In this document: positions 29,953 through 39,722 of the stretch, piece after piece
How the letters are laid out: every line of letters starts with the position of its first letter
Numbering within the stretch: position 1 is the stretch's first letter
Origin: Chloroflexota bacterium
GTDB lineage: Bacteria > Chloroflexota > UBA11872 > VXNJ01
DNA: 64,000 nt
Assembly: GCA_965261345.1 (NCBI GenBank)
Contig: OZ253449.1
Coordinates: 1,920,001 to 1,984,000 of the forward strand
Reading direction: 5' to 3'
Made by a program: the position numbers and the translations under genes
The notes under the pieces: model-generated
Told to the model about the DNA's origin: nothing
Database searches by the model: none
Seen by the model: only the letters and a program-made list of their open reading frames with translations

Positions 29953-31430
29953 TCAGCCGCCGCGGATGATGTTTCCGGCGCGTACCGTGTTCATCGGGAA
30001 TCCGTCGGGTACGATCACGGGGTCAAACATCGGGGCACTGAGATTTGTGTCGATGCCCTCGGGCCCATCCGACCATAGCTTGAGTGCCCACTCGGGGGTG
30101 CCCGAACGCTCTAGGAAATTGAGCAGTTGGCCGTGCAACCGATCATATTGGAGCGATTGGCTCGGGTAGAGGTTTACCTGGGTGAGCGGGTCGGCGGCGG
30201 TGTCGTAGAGTTCGCGCAGGTCGGGGTTGACGTTGTCGCAAAGCCACCAGCGTCCATCGGTTACCTGCAGCGGCTGCCAGCCGCCAAAGCGCCCGGCCAG
30301 GGCCTTGGCAACGGGTTCGCCGCCGCCAGGTAGTACGGACCGTTGCCAGATACCGTTACCGCGCGCCCTTGGTATTCCTCGCCGCGAAGCAGCGGGACCC
30401 AGGAGCGGCCCTGGATGTCCATCGCCGCCGGCGCCGGAACGCCGGTCAGCTCAAGCACCGAGGGCGCAAAGTCGGGATGTTGGGTCAACTGCGAGACCCG
30501 CTGACCCGCCCCCTGGCCGTCTGGCAGGCGCACCATCTGCACGGTCCGGATCACCTCTGGATAGAGGGCGCGTTTGCCGATGTAGCCGTGCTCGAAAAAG
30601 TCGAATCCGTGATCGGACATGATGATTACCGCGGTGTTTTCGCGCAATCCCAGATCATCGATTTTTTCCAGCACCCGGCCAATCCAGCGGTCCACCATCG
30701 TCACTTCGCCGGCGTAGAGAGCCTTGACGTTGTTCTGCTCGTCCTCGCTGAACTGGTCGGCGATGTCACCAAAAGCCGGCCAGGTGATCTTGCGGCCGGA
30801 ATACCCAGGGTCGTACATGTCAACGTAGTGCTGCGGCGGATCCCAGGGTTCGTGTGGGTCGAACGAGTCGACCCACAGAAAGAATTTTTCATGTCCGGCA
30901 TTGTGGGTGAGCCATTCGCAGGCCGCGCCCATAACCCGGGCCACGCACTGATCCTCCTCATGGTGCATGTGCCGGTAATTGCGGTATTCGTGGGTGAGCA
31001 TCGGGTCCATCGCGTACTGACGGTCGCCGGGGATCTGCAACTCCGAGAAATGGTCGGTCCGCCAGCGGTCGGCCTCGTTGCCGCGGATGAAATCCCAACC
31101 CGAAAACGGGCGGTCGAATCCGAAACCGAAATTGGCCATGTGCGGGGTGTCGTGAATGAGCATCGTCTCATAACCTGCCTGCCGCAGAACCTTGGGCAAG
31201 GTCAGCGGGCCCCATTCGAGCGGGCGCCAGGCTTGGAAAGGGTTGCCGTGGCGGCCCTTGAGCATCTCGTGGCGGTTCGGAATGGTCGGAAACGAGCAGA
31301 GGTGGTTGTGGTCAAACACCGTTGCCTCGGCGGCGAACGCATCGAGGTTGGGGGTCGATATCCAGGGGTTACCGTTGGCCCCAACATGGTCGTAGCGGAG
31401 GGTGTCGTTCATGATCAGGACGACGTTCAT
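29953..31430 (-). pseudogene. Thr-type sulfatase-like hydrolase with a 1-nt frameshift near 30326 (true pseudogene or sequence error)
   Basis: N-part 31430-30330 (DTLRYDH, TIPNR, DPHEPW, SDHG); the C-terminus continues in another frame to the stop at 29953 (GWQPLQVT..RELYD..DP..LLNFL..PEW) and aligns with the neighbouring paralog. Confidence 0.85.
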
Positions 31431-31514
31431 TGGGTTTCCTTTAATTTGCGATGGTTACCAGGGTTGGCGCGATCGCCCGGAACGGGCGCGTGTGAATAGG
31501 GATGCGGGGACGGT

Positions 31515-33002
31515 TCAGAGTACGTTGCCGTCAAGCGTTACGGTAAACGGCAGGCCTCGCTGGCGGACCAATTTGAGGTGGTCGTCGACCTCCGGCGCCT
31601 CGGCCGCGTCCGGTCCGTCGGCGTATATGCGGGTCAGCCACTCCGGGCTCTCGTGGGAATCGAGAAATGCCAGCAGTTCGCGCTGCAGCTGTCCTTCCTG
31701 GTCCCGGTTCCGGGCAATTATGTTATTCGTCATTCCGGGATCGCTCGGCAGGTGGTAGAGCTCGTTGCGGTTCTTCTCAGGGTGCGCGATCAGCGAGTAC
31801 TCCGGTCCGGTCACGGTCAGTGGGGTCCAGCCGGGGTCCAGAGCCGGAGCGACCGCCCGGCGTCCCGACCGATAACCGGGGTCGCCGCTGGGCTTGACTT
31901 CGTAGGGATAAGTGCCGGAAACCGCCACCGGCCGCAGGAGCTCGCTTGAACCAGACATCTGCGGCAGCAGTGATTTGCCCTGTATCCCCATATCGGCCGG
32001 AGGTGTGATTCCCAGCATCTCCAGTATCGTGGGAGCAAAATCGGCCGGTTGGGTCAGGGCTTGAAAACGCTCTCCCGCGCCGATCCCGTGCGGATGGCGG
32101 ATCATGAGAAATTGGTGCGAGACCTCTTCGTAGAGCGGCCCCGACTTAGATTGTTGGTCGTGTTCGCCAAAGTAATGGCCGTGGTCGGACATGATCACCA
32201 CAATCGTGTTGTCGCGCAGTCCCAGGTTGTCGATCTTGGTTAGTACCCGTCCGATGTGGGTGTCGCACATCGTGCATTCGGCGGCAAACAGCTTGCCGAC
32301 ATGCTCCTGCTCGGCCGGTGTGAGCATCTCCGACGACCGGCCATAGGCTGGCCAGACCACCTCGACCCCGTCGTAGTCGGGGGCATACATGTCGCGGTAG
32401 TGTTGGGGCGGATCCCAGGGTTCGTGCGGGTCGAACGAGTCGACCCAAAGGAAGAATTGCTCGTGACCATGATTGCGCTCCAACCAGTTGCAGGCCGCAT
32501 CCATGACCATCGGGGCAAAGTACTGATCCTCGCTGAAGAGGTCATGGGTCTGGCGGTAAAACTGGGCCATTCCGGCGCGGGCGCGATGCTTGTCCATGTT
32601 GCCCAGGTTCCATTCCCTGAACCAGTCAGTGCGAAAACGGTCGACCTCATTGCCGCGAATCATCTGCCAGGCGTGGAAGGGCCGGTCAAAACCGAATCCG
32701 TAGTTGATCATGTGCGGGGTGTCGTTGATCAACATGGTCACGTAACCCTCTTCGCGCAGCACCTCGGGCAGGGTGAGACAGTCCCACTGCAACGGACGCC
32801 ACCAGTGCAACGGTTCGCCGTAGCGTCCCTTGAGCAGGTCGTGGCGACAGGGGATGGTGGCAAAGGAACCAATGTAGGAGCGATCGAATACCGCCGATTC
32901 GGCGGCGAATTGGTCCAGCACCGGGGTGTTGATCCAATCGTTTCCATTGGCCCTGACATGGTCATAGCGCCATGTGTCGTTCATGATGAATACAACGTTC
33001 AT
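31515..33002 (-). CDS. Thr-type sulfatase-like hydrolase
   Basis: MNDTWRYDH, TIPCR, DSFDPHEPW, SDHG, ELYHL..DP. Confidence 0.87.
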   Translation of the reverse strand: MNVVFIMNDTWRYDHVRANGNDWINTPVLDQFAAESAVFDRSYIGSFATIPCRHDLLKGRYGEPLHWWRPLQWDCLTLPEVLREEGYVTMLINDTPHMINYGFGFDRPFHAWQMIRGNEVDRFRTDWFREWNLGNMDKHRARAGMAQFYRQTHDLFSEDQYFAPMVMDAACNWLERNHGHEQFFLWVDSFDPHEPWDPPQHYRDMYAPDYDGVEVVWPAYGRSSEMLTPAEQEHVGKLFAAECTMCDTHIGRVLTKIDNLGLRDNTIVVIMSDHGHYFGEHDQQSKSGPLYEEVSHQFLMIRHPHGIGAGERFQALTQPADFAPTILEMLGITPPADMGIQGKSLLPQMSGSSELLRPVAVSGTYPYEVKPSGDPGYRSGRRAVAPALDPGWTPLTVTGPEYSLIAHPEKNRNELYHLPSDPGMTNNIIARNRDQEGQLQRELLAFLDSHESPEWLTRIYADGPDAAEAPEVDDHLKLVRQRGLPFTVTLDGNVL

Positions 33003-33039
33003 GCTGCCTGCTCCCAATAACCTGGTAAGACTTTTCCGT

Positions 33040-34053
33040 TCACAGTGTTGTAACTATCTTGCCGATATGACCTTGGTTTTTCATCGATTCAAACGCATCA
33101 GGCAGTTGGTCGAAGCCAAACCTTTCGCCGATGTAGGGCTCAAAGCCGGTCTCGTCGATGAATCTGTTCATGCGTTCAAACTCGGTCCGAGATGCAACAT
33201 AGATTCCGCGGACATTGAGACGCCGAGCCAGGATTCGCCGGGTCTCGATCTCGCCCGAGGGTCCGGTCAGCACTCCGAATAACGCGATCGTCCCGGCCGC
33301 CCGCAGGCACTGCAGGGATTGATTTAAGGTCCCACCACCACCGGCCTCAAGCACCAGGTCGACCCCCTGCCCACCGGTTATTTCCAAAACCCGGTTGTGC
33401 CAATCGGGATCGGCCAGGTAGTTGACTCCGTGATCGATGCCCAGCCGCTTGACCGTATCCAACTTGCCTTCGGCCTTGCTGGTAATGATCGTGGTGGCGC
33501 CCATTGCGGCGGCCAACTGTAGGCCCAGCACCGAGACTCCACCGGTCCCCAGGGCCAGCACAAATGACTCCGGACCAAGCCGGTCACCGGCATGCAGGGA
33601 CGCCCAGGCCGTCAGCGCCGCGATCGGCAGGGTTGCCGCCTGGGCGTGGGTTAGGGCCTTCGGTTTGGCGACCAACGCGGTCTCGGGCAGAACGACCTCA
33701 TTGGCGGCAACGCCCGGCCCCGGTGTACCCAGGGTGGTGGCCAGGTAAGCGTCCTGGAAGCGCCCGTCCTGCCAGTCGACGACGTAGTGCGAAACAACCC
33801 CATCACCGACCGCGAATTGGGTTACTTCAGACCCTATTTCGACAACCTCGCCCGAACAGTCCGAAAGCGGCGTCGCCGGCAGGACGAGGCTGCGGTTGTA
33901 CCACCCCTCGAGCGATAGCAGGTCGCGGTAGTTGAGGCTCTGCGCCTTGACCGCGACCCGCACCTGGCGGGATCCAAGCGGGCTGGCCGGAATCGGTTTG
34001 AGCGCGAGGGCTGAAACCGCGTAGTCGTCAAATTCCCAGCGTTGTTGCATCAA
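33040..34053 (-). CDS. MDR-family NAD(P)-dependent oxidoreductase (zinc-free type)
   Basis: SLNYRD, AATLPIAALTAW, GTGGVS, HIGKIV. Confidence 0.87.
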   Translation of the reverse strand: MMQQRWEFDDYAVSALALKPIPASPLGSRQVRVAVKAQSLNYRDLLSLEGWYNRSLVLPATPLSDCSGEVVEIGSEVTQFAVGDGVVSHYVVDWQDGRFQDAYLATTLGTPGPGVAANEVVLPETALVAKPKALTHAQAATLPIAALTAWASLHAGDRLGPESFVLALGTGGVSVLGLQLAAAMGATTIITSKAEGKLDTVKRLGIDHGVNYLADPDWHNRVLEITGGQGVDLVLEAGGGGTLNQSLQCLRAAGTIALFGVLTGPSGEIETRRILARRLNVRGIYVASRTEFERMNRFIDETGFEPYIGERFGFDQLPDAFESMKNQGHIGKIVTTL

Positions 34054-34273
34054 ATCCCTCTCGGTTCGGTAATGTCGACCGCGCGGTCCTGCCCGGACGA
34101 TCGTTGTTGCGGTGGGTAGTGCCTGGGGCGATTTCGCACCCGTAAGTCCCTACCAATATTTTTCTCTTAAGCGTCGCATTAGCAAGCGGACCGGACCGGC
34201 ATAGCGGGCAAGGCTGCTGGAGGGTTTCTTGGACTTTCAAACCAGCGCTGCGCGCAGCCTGGTCTGGCCCGGT

Positions 34274-35380
34274 TCAATTGCCCGGACCGGCCCGGCGAGC
34301 GAGGGCGGCGAAATAATCGGGAAGATTTATCGATTCGCGCAGTGGCAGGGCCACCTTGCACCCGGTCGCGGCCGAGCAATAGGCGGCTTCGACGACCTCG
34401 ATCGCCGCGACTCCGATCGCGGCATCGGTCTCGGTGTCAGCCAATCCGCGGACGCATTCGGCAAAGTGGGCCAGCTCGCGCGAGTAGCGCCCGTTGCGGG
34501 CAATCTCGGCCCGAAGGTTAGGGATGTTCTTCGGCGTTAGATCGCGAGTAATTCCGCCCGGCTGGCGGAGCGTTAGCGTAAACGGGTCGGCCGACATGTA
34601 GCTGGCCATTCCGGCGTACTGGATCTGCAGGCTGGCGCGGGTTCCGATCAATTCGTAGCGTTCAAGCATCGGACCCTGCCTGACTCGCGAAATGTTGTGG
34701 GTTGAAAATGTCCCCCCGGCGTGCGCGAGGATCGCGACGGCCGAATCCTCGTTGCAGCGATCAGCAAAAGCTATCCGCATCTCGGCCGAGACCTGGGTCA
34801 CATCGCCGAGCCACCAGCGACACAAATCGATGGTGTGCGAGCCGTGATCCTGAAACGTACCGCCCCAGGCATCGGGATGGGCCCGCGAACCATCGGCGGG
34901 CAGCGGCGAGCAGTGCGACCAATCGCAGCGGACTTCAATCATCTGCCCCAGAGCCCCGGCCTCCACCAGTTCCTTGGCGCGCTTGAAGGCCCGGTCGAAG
35001 CGCTTCATGAATCCGACCATCAGGACCCGCCGGGCGGCGCGCGCGGCCCGCTCGATCGTCCGGCACTCCCCGACGGTGCGGGCCATCGGCTTCTCGACCA
35101 GGATGTGCCTACCCGTGCTCAGGGCGGCGACTGACTGGGCCTGGTGAAATTGAACCGGGGAAGCCACGATCACCGCCTCGCTGGCCCCGGCCCAAACTTG
35201 CTCTAGCGACGCCGCCACCCGACCCTGCCCGACGGCCGCCACCAGGGCCTCGGAATTGGCCCGATTGGGATCGTAGACCGCATCCAGCACAAACCTTGGG
35301 TTGTCGGCCAGCGCCGGTGGGTACATGACCATCGCACCGGCGCGGCCGGCGCCCAAAATCGCCAGCCGAACGGGCTTCAT
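34274..35380 (-). CDS. Gfo/Idh/MocA-family oxidoreductase
   Basis: ILGAGRAG, VEKPMA, GFMKRFD, DHGSHTID. Confidence 0.88.
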   Translation of the reverse strand: MKPVRLAILGAGRAGAMVMYPPALADNPRFVLDAVYDPNRANSEALVAAVGQGRVAASLEQVWAGASEAVIVASPVQFHQAQSVAALSTGRHILVEKPMARTVGECRTIERAARAARRVLMVGFMKRFDRAFKRAKELVEAGALGQMIEVRCDWSHCSPLPADGSRAHPDAWGGTFQDHGSHTIDLCRWWLGDVTQVSAEMRIAFADRCNEDSAVAILAHAGGTFSTHNISRVRQGPMLERYELIGTRASLQIQYAGMASYMSADPFTLTLRQPGGITRDLTPKNIPNLRAEIARNGRYSRELAHFAECVRGLADTETDAAIGVAAIEVVEAAYCSAATGCKVALPLRESINLPDYFAALARRAGPGN

Positions 35381-35383
35381 CGG

Positions 35384-36799
35384 CTAACGGTGAGGTGGGC
35401 GGCGGTAGGTGCTCATTTCGTAAAAACCCTGAATGCCCAGATTCTTGCCCTGGCTTTCCAGACCGTGTCGACGTCCCAGCGCCGATCGCCCTCCCGGCTG
35501 CAGGTACATCTGGCCGAAGTTGGCAGTCAGCTCCTTCGCCAGCTCGTCATTGCCTTCGCGCAGGTTGCTTTGTTCGCGTGGGTCGGCGATGAGATCGTAG
35601 AGCTCGTCGGGCTCGCCCTCGGGGCGGAGGATCAAACTCCAGCGGTCGTTGCGAATTACCCGGTCGATCCCCTCGTGGTAGCCGGTGATGATCACATCAC
35701 GATGTTGGTCGGACTGGCCGCTAAGGATTGGGGCGAAGCTCCGTCCACCCATGTCGTGGGTGCAATTTCCCAATCCGGCAACTTCCAGGAGCGTTGGCAG
35801 CACATCGTGGTACTGGCAGATCGCCGAGGTGCGGCGGGCACCGCGGCCGCCGGGCAGGTGCACCATAAACGGGACCCTAAGCAGCTCGTTGTAGAGGCGG
35901 TCGGCACCCTTTAGGAATTTGCCGTGGTCGGCCAGCGGGTGGCCGTGGTCGCCCATCAGGACGATGACCGAATCATCGTAGTAGCCAAGGTTTTTCAACT
36001 GCTCAAGTACCCTGCCGACCGCCGCATCCACCGAAGCGGCTTCTCCGGCGTAAAGAGCGCGAATATTGTCGATCTCAGCGTCCGAATACCAATCGCTGGC
36101 CATCCCGCCCAGCGGCATCACGTAGCGCGGACCGGAATAATCGGGATCGCCGTAGACGTCGAATTCGGCCGGCGGATCCCAGGGTTCATGCGGGTCGAAA
36201 CTGTCCATGAACAGGAATACCTTGTCCTGGCCACGATTGCGGGCAAGCCAATCGCAGGCCTTGTCGGCCACCTTGAACGCGAACCAATCGGAGCTGTCGG
36301 CAAATTCTTCGGTGTTGACCACGAATTGGGCCACGTTGGCCATCCAAATATCGTCGTAGTGCTGGTTGGTGAATTTCTTCAGGTCGCTCTTGGGAGGTTC
36401 CGATCGCCAAGGGTCGTATTCCTGGCCACGCACCCATTGGTAGGAGTGGAACCCGGCGTGAAAATTCTGGTCGGCGGCGCGGTAATGATATACATCGGCC
36501 ACCAATCCCGAGGTGTAGCCTTCCAGGGCCAGGATCGAGGCCACCGACAAATCCTCATCGGCCAACGGCTGCCAGGCCCGGCCGACAAGGGTGCGGTTGC
36601 CGGTAAATAGCGCGGTGCGGGCCGGAATGGTGGGCAGCGCTTCGGCGTACATCGAATCAAATACCACTGATTCGGCGGCGAAGGCGTCCATGTTGGGGGT
36701 CCGGCAGGCGGGGATGTTGGGGAACGGACCCTCGCCCTGGTGGTAGAAGCCGAAATGGTCCTGGCGGTAGCTGTCCATCATTAGGACGATGATGTTCAT
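35384..36799 (-). CDS. Thr-type sulfatase-like hydrolase
   Basis: MMDSYRQDH, TPNMD, TIPAR, DSFDPHEPW, GDHG, DELYDL..DP. Confidence 0.87.
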   Translation of the reverse strand: MNIIVLMMDSYRQDHFGFYHQGEGPFPNIPACRTPNMDAFAAESVVFDSMYAEALPTIPARTALFTGNRTLVGRAWQPLADEDLSVASILALEGYTSGLVADVYHYRAADQNFHAGFHSYQWVRGQEYDPWRSEPPKSDLKKFTNQHYDDIWMANVAQFVVNTEEFADSSDWFAFKVADKACDWLARNRGQDKVFLFMDSFDPHEPWDPPAEFDVYGDPDYSGPRYVMPLGGMASDWYSDAEIDNIRALYAGEAASVDAAVGRVLEQLKNLGYYDDSVIVLMGDHGHPLADHGKFLKGADRLYNELLRVPFMVHLPGGRGARRTSAICQYHDVLPTLLEVAGLGNCTHDMGGRSFAPILSGQSDQHRDVIITGYHEGIDRVIRNDRWSLILRPEGEPDELYDLIADPREQSNLREGNDELAKELTANFGQMYLQPGGRSALGRRHGLESQGKNLGIQGFYEMSTYRRPPHR

Positions 36800-36911
36800 C
36801 GGAACAATTGTTTCCTGCTGCGGTGGATGAAGTTGGCTGGGCCGTCCGGGCGGAGATCTCCGGCCGGCCAACTCCATTTTCAATTAACGATCGCCTCCCG
36901 CAGCGGTCGTT

Positions 36912-38900
36912 TTATTCCACGCTCAACTCAATTACGGTTACCGAGTGGGGCGGGAACTGGTGCTCGAAGGAATTGCCGACCGGCGTCAGGTCAACGCTGC
37001 GCTCGCTGGAGTAAACCTCGGCCGGTGCGCCGAACTCATTGCGGGCCAACGGGCCGCTGCCGCCGAGCTCGAACACCTGAGCCGATCGGGCGATTGACCC
37101 GACACCGGCGACTTCTACATTGGCGATGATTGGCAGGCTCGGATGGCGGTTTATCGCCTCCAGCCAGATGCTCTGGCCTCCCGTGCTGGCGGTGGCTGCA
37201 ACCCGTAACCAGGGTGCGTGGGCAAGCGGCGGCTCCGTCGCCAGGCCATCATGACTGAAGCTGGGTACCTGGCAGGTTGCCGCAACCGCGCGCGGGCCGC
37301 GGTGGTTGGCCAACAGCGCAAAAGCCAGGTAGCAGGGTGATTCCAGGATCGCATCGGCCTCCGCGTCGATCAGGCCGAGACGGTTTACGAAGGCGAATTG
37401 GGCGCCGATTCGCACCCGCTGGCAGCGTTCCTGCATGGCCATGATTATTCCGGCGATGCAGAGCCCGTCGCGCAACCGGTAGCGTTCCTTCCACGGCGAA
37501 CTGAGCCGCAGGTCCTCGCGCACGCCGTATTCGTCGTAGGAAATCTGAGCCGGCTTGGCCCCGGACCAGTGGGCATCGATAACCGCTATCGAGTCGTCGA
37601 GCATGCTGGCCACCGAGTCGGCCCCGCCGACGATTGCCAAGTATTTGTCCTCGGGATCGGGCTCGCTGGCTAGGATCATTGGGTTTAGCGCGTAGGCGTG
37701 AATGGCGATGGCGTCGACCTCTGCTCCGACCGCGCGGGCGACCCGCTCGTTCCAGCGCCCCAGGGTATTGCGGACGTGCCCAACCGCGGTGAGGTGGATG
37801 GAGGGGTCTGCCGTTCGCATGGCACGGGCAAATTCAATGCAGCGCCGGGCGTAGGTTTCGGCGTCAACGTGGCCGACCTGGAAATTGCCCCACAGCTCGT
37901 TCCCGATTGACCAATGGCGCACCCGGTAGGGTTCGTAATGGCCGTTGGCGGCCCGCAGCGCCCCGTATTTCGAATCGGGATCGCCGTTACAGTACTCAAC
38001 CCAGGCTGCGGCCTCGCCTGGGGTTCCCGAACCGGCGTTTACGGTAACGAATGGGATGATGTCCCATTGCCGGCAGTGGGTTAGGAATTCGTCGGTTCCA
38101 AAATCATGTGGTTCCCATTCGCCCCAGGCGCGGTTGAAGGTGGTCGGCCGCCGATCGATTGGACCTACTCCGTGTTCCCAGTGGTAATCGGACGCAAAAT
38201 TGCCGCCGGGCCAGCGGACGTGGGTAATCCCGGCGGTTTTTAGGCGCTCGGCCGCGTCCTGGCGGACCCCGCCGGCCAGTTGGTGGTCGCGTCGCATCAG
38301 GGACACGGCGCCCAGCCACAGTTGGCCCTGCCCGGTGCCGCAGACATTTAGGTCAAAGCAGCCCGAGGCCTTTGGGACCAGCGCGAATTCGAAGGTCTGC
38401 CACCTGTCTTGCAGATCGTTGCCGGCGACCTGGACGCTCGCACAGTCGCGGCCCAGACTGAATCGAACTTCCCGGATCCGCCCACTCCCACGCAGCACCG
38501 CCCGCAGGTGGTACGGCACACCGCCGGTTAGGCAGATCTGGTTTTGGGCAACCCCGTGCCAGTGCCCGTCATCGATTAGTAGATCGATGCGTTGCGATTG
38601 TTGGCCGGAGTAAAAGACGGTATTGTCGTGCGCAAATTCGACCGCTGCCCCCGCCCCGTAGGGATCCCACTGGGCGGCCACCCCAAAATCTTGTCGATCG
38701 ACAAATTCACGCCGCCAGGATTCCGGCTCTCCGCGTCCGCCGCGGGCATCGTCGTGCCCGGCGAATTTGCGGTTGCGGATCAGCTCGGCCCAGTAACCCC
38801 CGTAGACCATGCGCTCAAGGTGCTCGATGTTGACACCGTAAACCATTTCGTCGATCCGCCCGAGTTCGTTTTCGGGATCAATCCGAATCTTCGCGCGCAT
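36912..38900 (-). CDS. Glycoside hydrolase family 51 (alpha-L-arabinofuranosidase-like)
   Basis: RWPGGNF, FGTDEF, WVEYCN, IGNE (acid/base), DEY (nucleophile); no signal peptide. Confidence 0.9.
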   Translation of the reverse strand: MRAKIRIDPENELGRIDEMVYGVNIEHLERMVYGGYWAELIRNRKFAGHDDARGGRGEPESWRREFVDRQDFGVAAQWDPYGAGAAVEFAHDNTVFYSGQQSQRIDLLIDDGHWHGVAQNQICLTGGVPYHLRAVLRGSGRIREVRFSLGRDCASVQVAGNDLQDRWQTFEFALVPKASGCFDLNVCGTGQGQLWLGAVSLMRRDHQLAGGVRQDAAERLKTAGITHVRWPGGNFASDYHWEHGVGPIDRRPTTFNRAWGEWEPHDFGTDEFLTHCRQWDIIPFVTVNAGSGTPGEAAAWVEYCNGDPDSKYGALRAANGHYEPYRVRHWSIGNELWGNFQVGHVDAETYARRCIEFARAMRTADPSIHLTAVGHVRNTLGRWNERVARAVGAEVDAIAIHAYALNPMILASEPDPEDKYLAIVGGADSVASMLDDSIAVIDAHWSGAKPAQISYDEYGVREDLRLSSPWKERYRLRDGLCIAGIIMAMQERCQRVRIGAQFAFVNRLGLIDAEADAILESPCYLAFALLANHRGPRAVAATCQVPSFSHDGLATEPPLAHAPWLRVAATASTGGQSIWLEAINRHPSLPIIANVEVAGVGSIARSAQVFELGGSGPLARNEFGAPAEVYSSERSVDLTPVGNSFEHQFPPHSVTVIELSVE

Positions 38901-38991
38901 CGAATCCTCACTTCAGCCGGAACCGCACCGAAGTTTAAGTAGAACCCGATTTAAACCACAAAGTCGGCCGGCGGCCGAAATGGAGAATGCC

Positions 38992-39024
38992 AAAAAAACC
39001 CGGTGGCATCAATAGCCATCGGGT
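38992..39024 (-). terminator. Intrinsic terminator downstream of hsp20
   Basis: Minus strand ACCCGATGGC-loop-GCCACCGGGT followed by a T run. Confidence 0.8.
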
Positions 39025-39078
39025 ATTGGCGCGCCCGACTATCGGATGGGGGCGCGGTAAGGCGCCCCCGGTTGTCAG

Positions 39079-39534
39079 TTAGCGCATGACCTCGATCCGC
39101 CGTGGCTTGTGATCGTGGGCCAGCGGAATTGTTATCGTCAACTCCCCGTTGGCGTACCGGCTGGAGGCATCCTCGCCGTTCACGCCGCGCGGGAGGCGGA
39201 TCGAGCGCTCGAAACTGGCCACTCGCCGCTCACGCACAACGTAGCCATCGTTGGGTTCTTGGCCGGAGTCTTCGCCTTTGCGGGAGCCGGCTATGGTTAG
39301 CAGGCCGCGATCGATCGAAACTTCGATCTGCTCAGGGTCGACTCCGGGCACGGAAGCGATAACGGTAATCGCGTCATCGGAGCGGATCATGTCGATCGGC
39401 ACCAAATTGTCCGGCATCCAGTCACGCCCAAAATCGAGCAAATCGGTAAAAAACGGGCGACCCCAGGGAAGCGTAAGGTCCTCGCCGGGTCGGGCCAGGC
39501 GGCCCCTCGCCGGCTGTCTGAGTAGTTGCAGCAT
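39079..39534 (-). CDS. Small heat shock protein (Hsp20/alpha-crystallin)
   Basis: VPGV, LTIAGSR, RERR..FERSIRLP, YANGELTITIP, RRIEV. Confidence 0.93.
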   Translation of the reverse strand: MLQLLRQPARGRLARPGEDLTLPWGRPFFTDLLDFGRDWMPDNLVPIDMIRSDDAITVIASVPGVDPEQIEVSIDRGLLTIAGSRKGEDSGQEPNDGYVVRERRVASFERSIRLPRGVNGEDASSRYANGELTITIPLAHDHKPRRIEVMR

Positions 39535-39593
39535 TGCATTTCTCCATTAATAAAATCTGCTAGTTAGCATCGTCGCTAACCTCTCTTACTCTA

Positions 39594-39623
39594 ATCATAC
39601 TATATGAGTGTGATACTGTCAAG
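39594..39623 (-). promoter_or_regulatory. Sigma70-type promoter of hsp20 overlapped by a HAIR-like inverted repeat
   Basis: TTGACA (39622-39617)-17 nt-TATGAT (39599-39594); CTTGACA-N7-ACTCATA. Confidence 0.75.
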
Positions 39624-39722
39624 TTAGCGTATAGTCCTGCGATCGTGCCGACTTCCCGTGTCCCTCCTTTTTGGGCTCTAAATTGTGGGCACAGGGTGGT
39701 TCGGCCTATTTCCAAACCTGCG

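Noticed and set aside
30369-31499. 376-aa plus-strand ORF (similarly 39993-40952, 3764-4702 and 53499-54467)
   Set aside because: Stop-poor antisense frames expected in high-GC coding DNA
39563-39580. TTAGC..GCTAA palindrome as a CIRCE element
   Set aside because: Lacks the ACTC-N9-GAGT core and is too short
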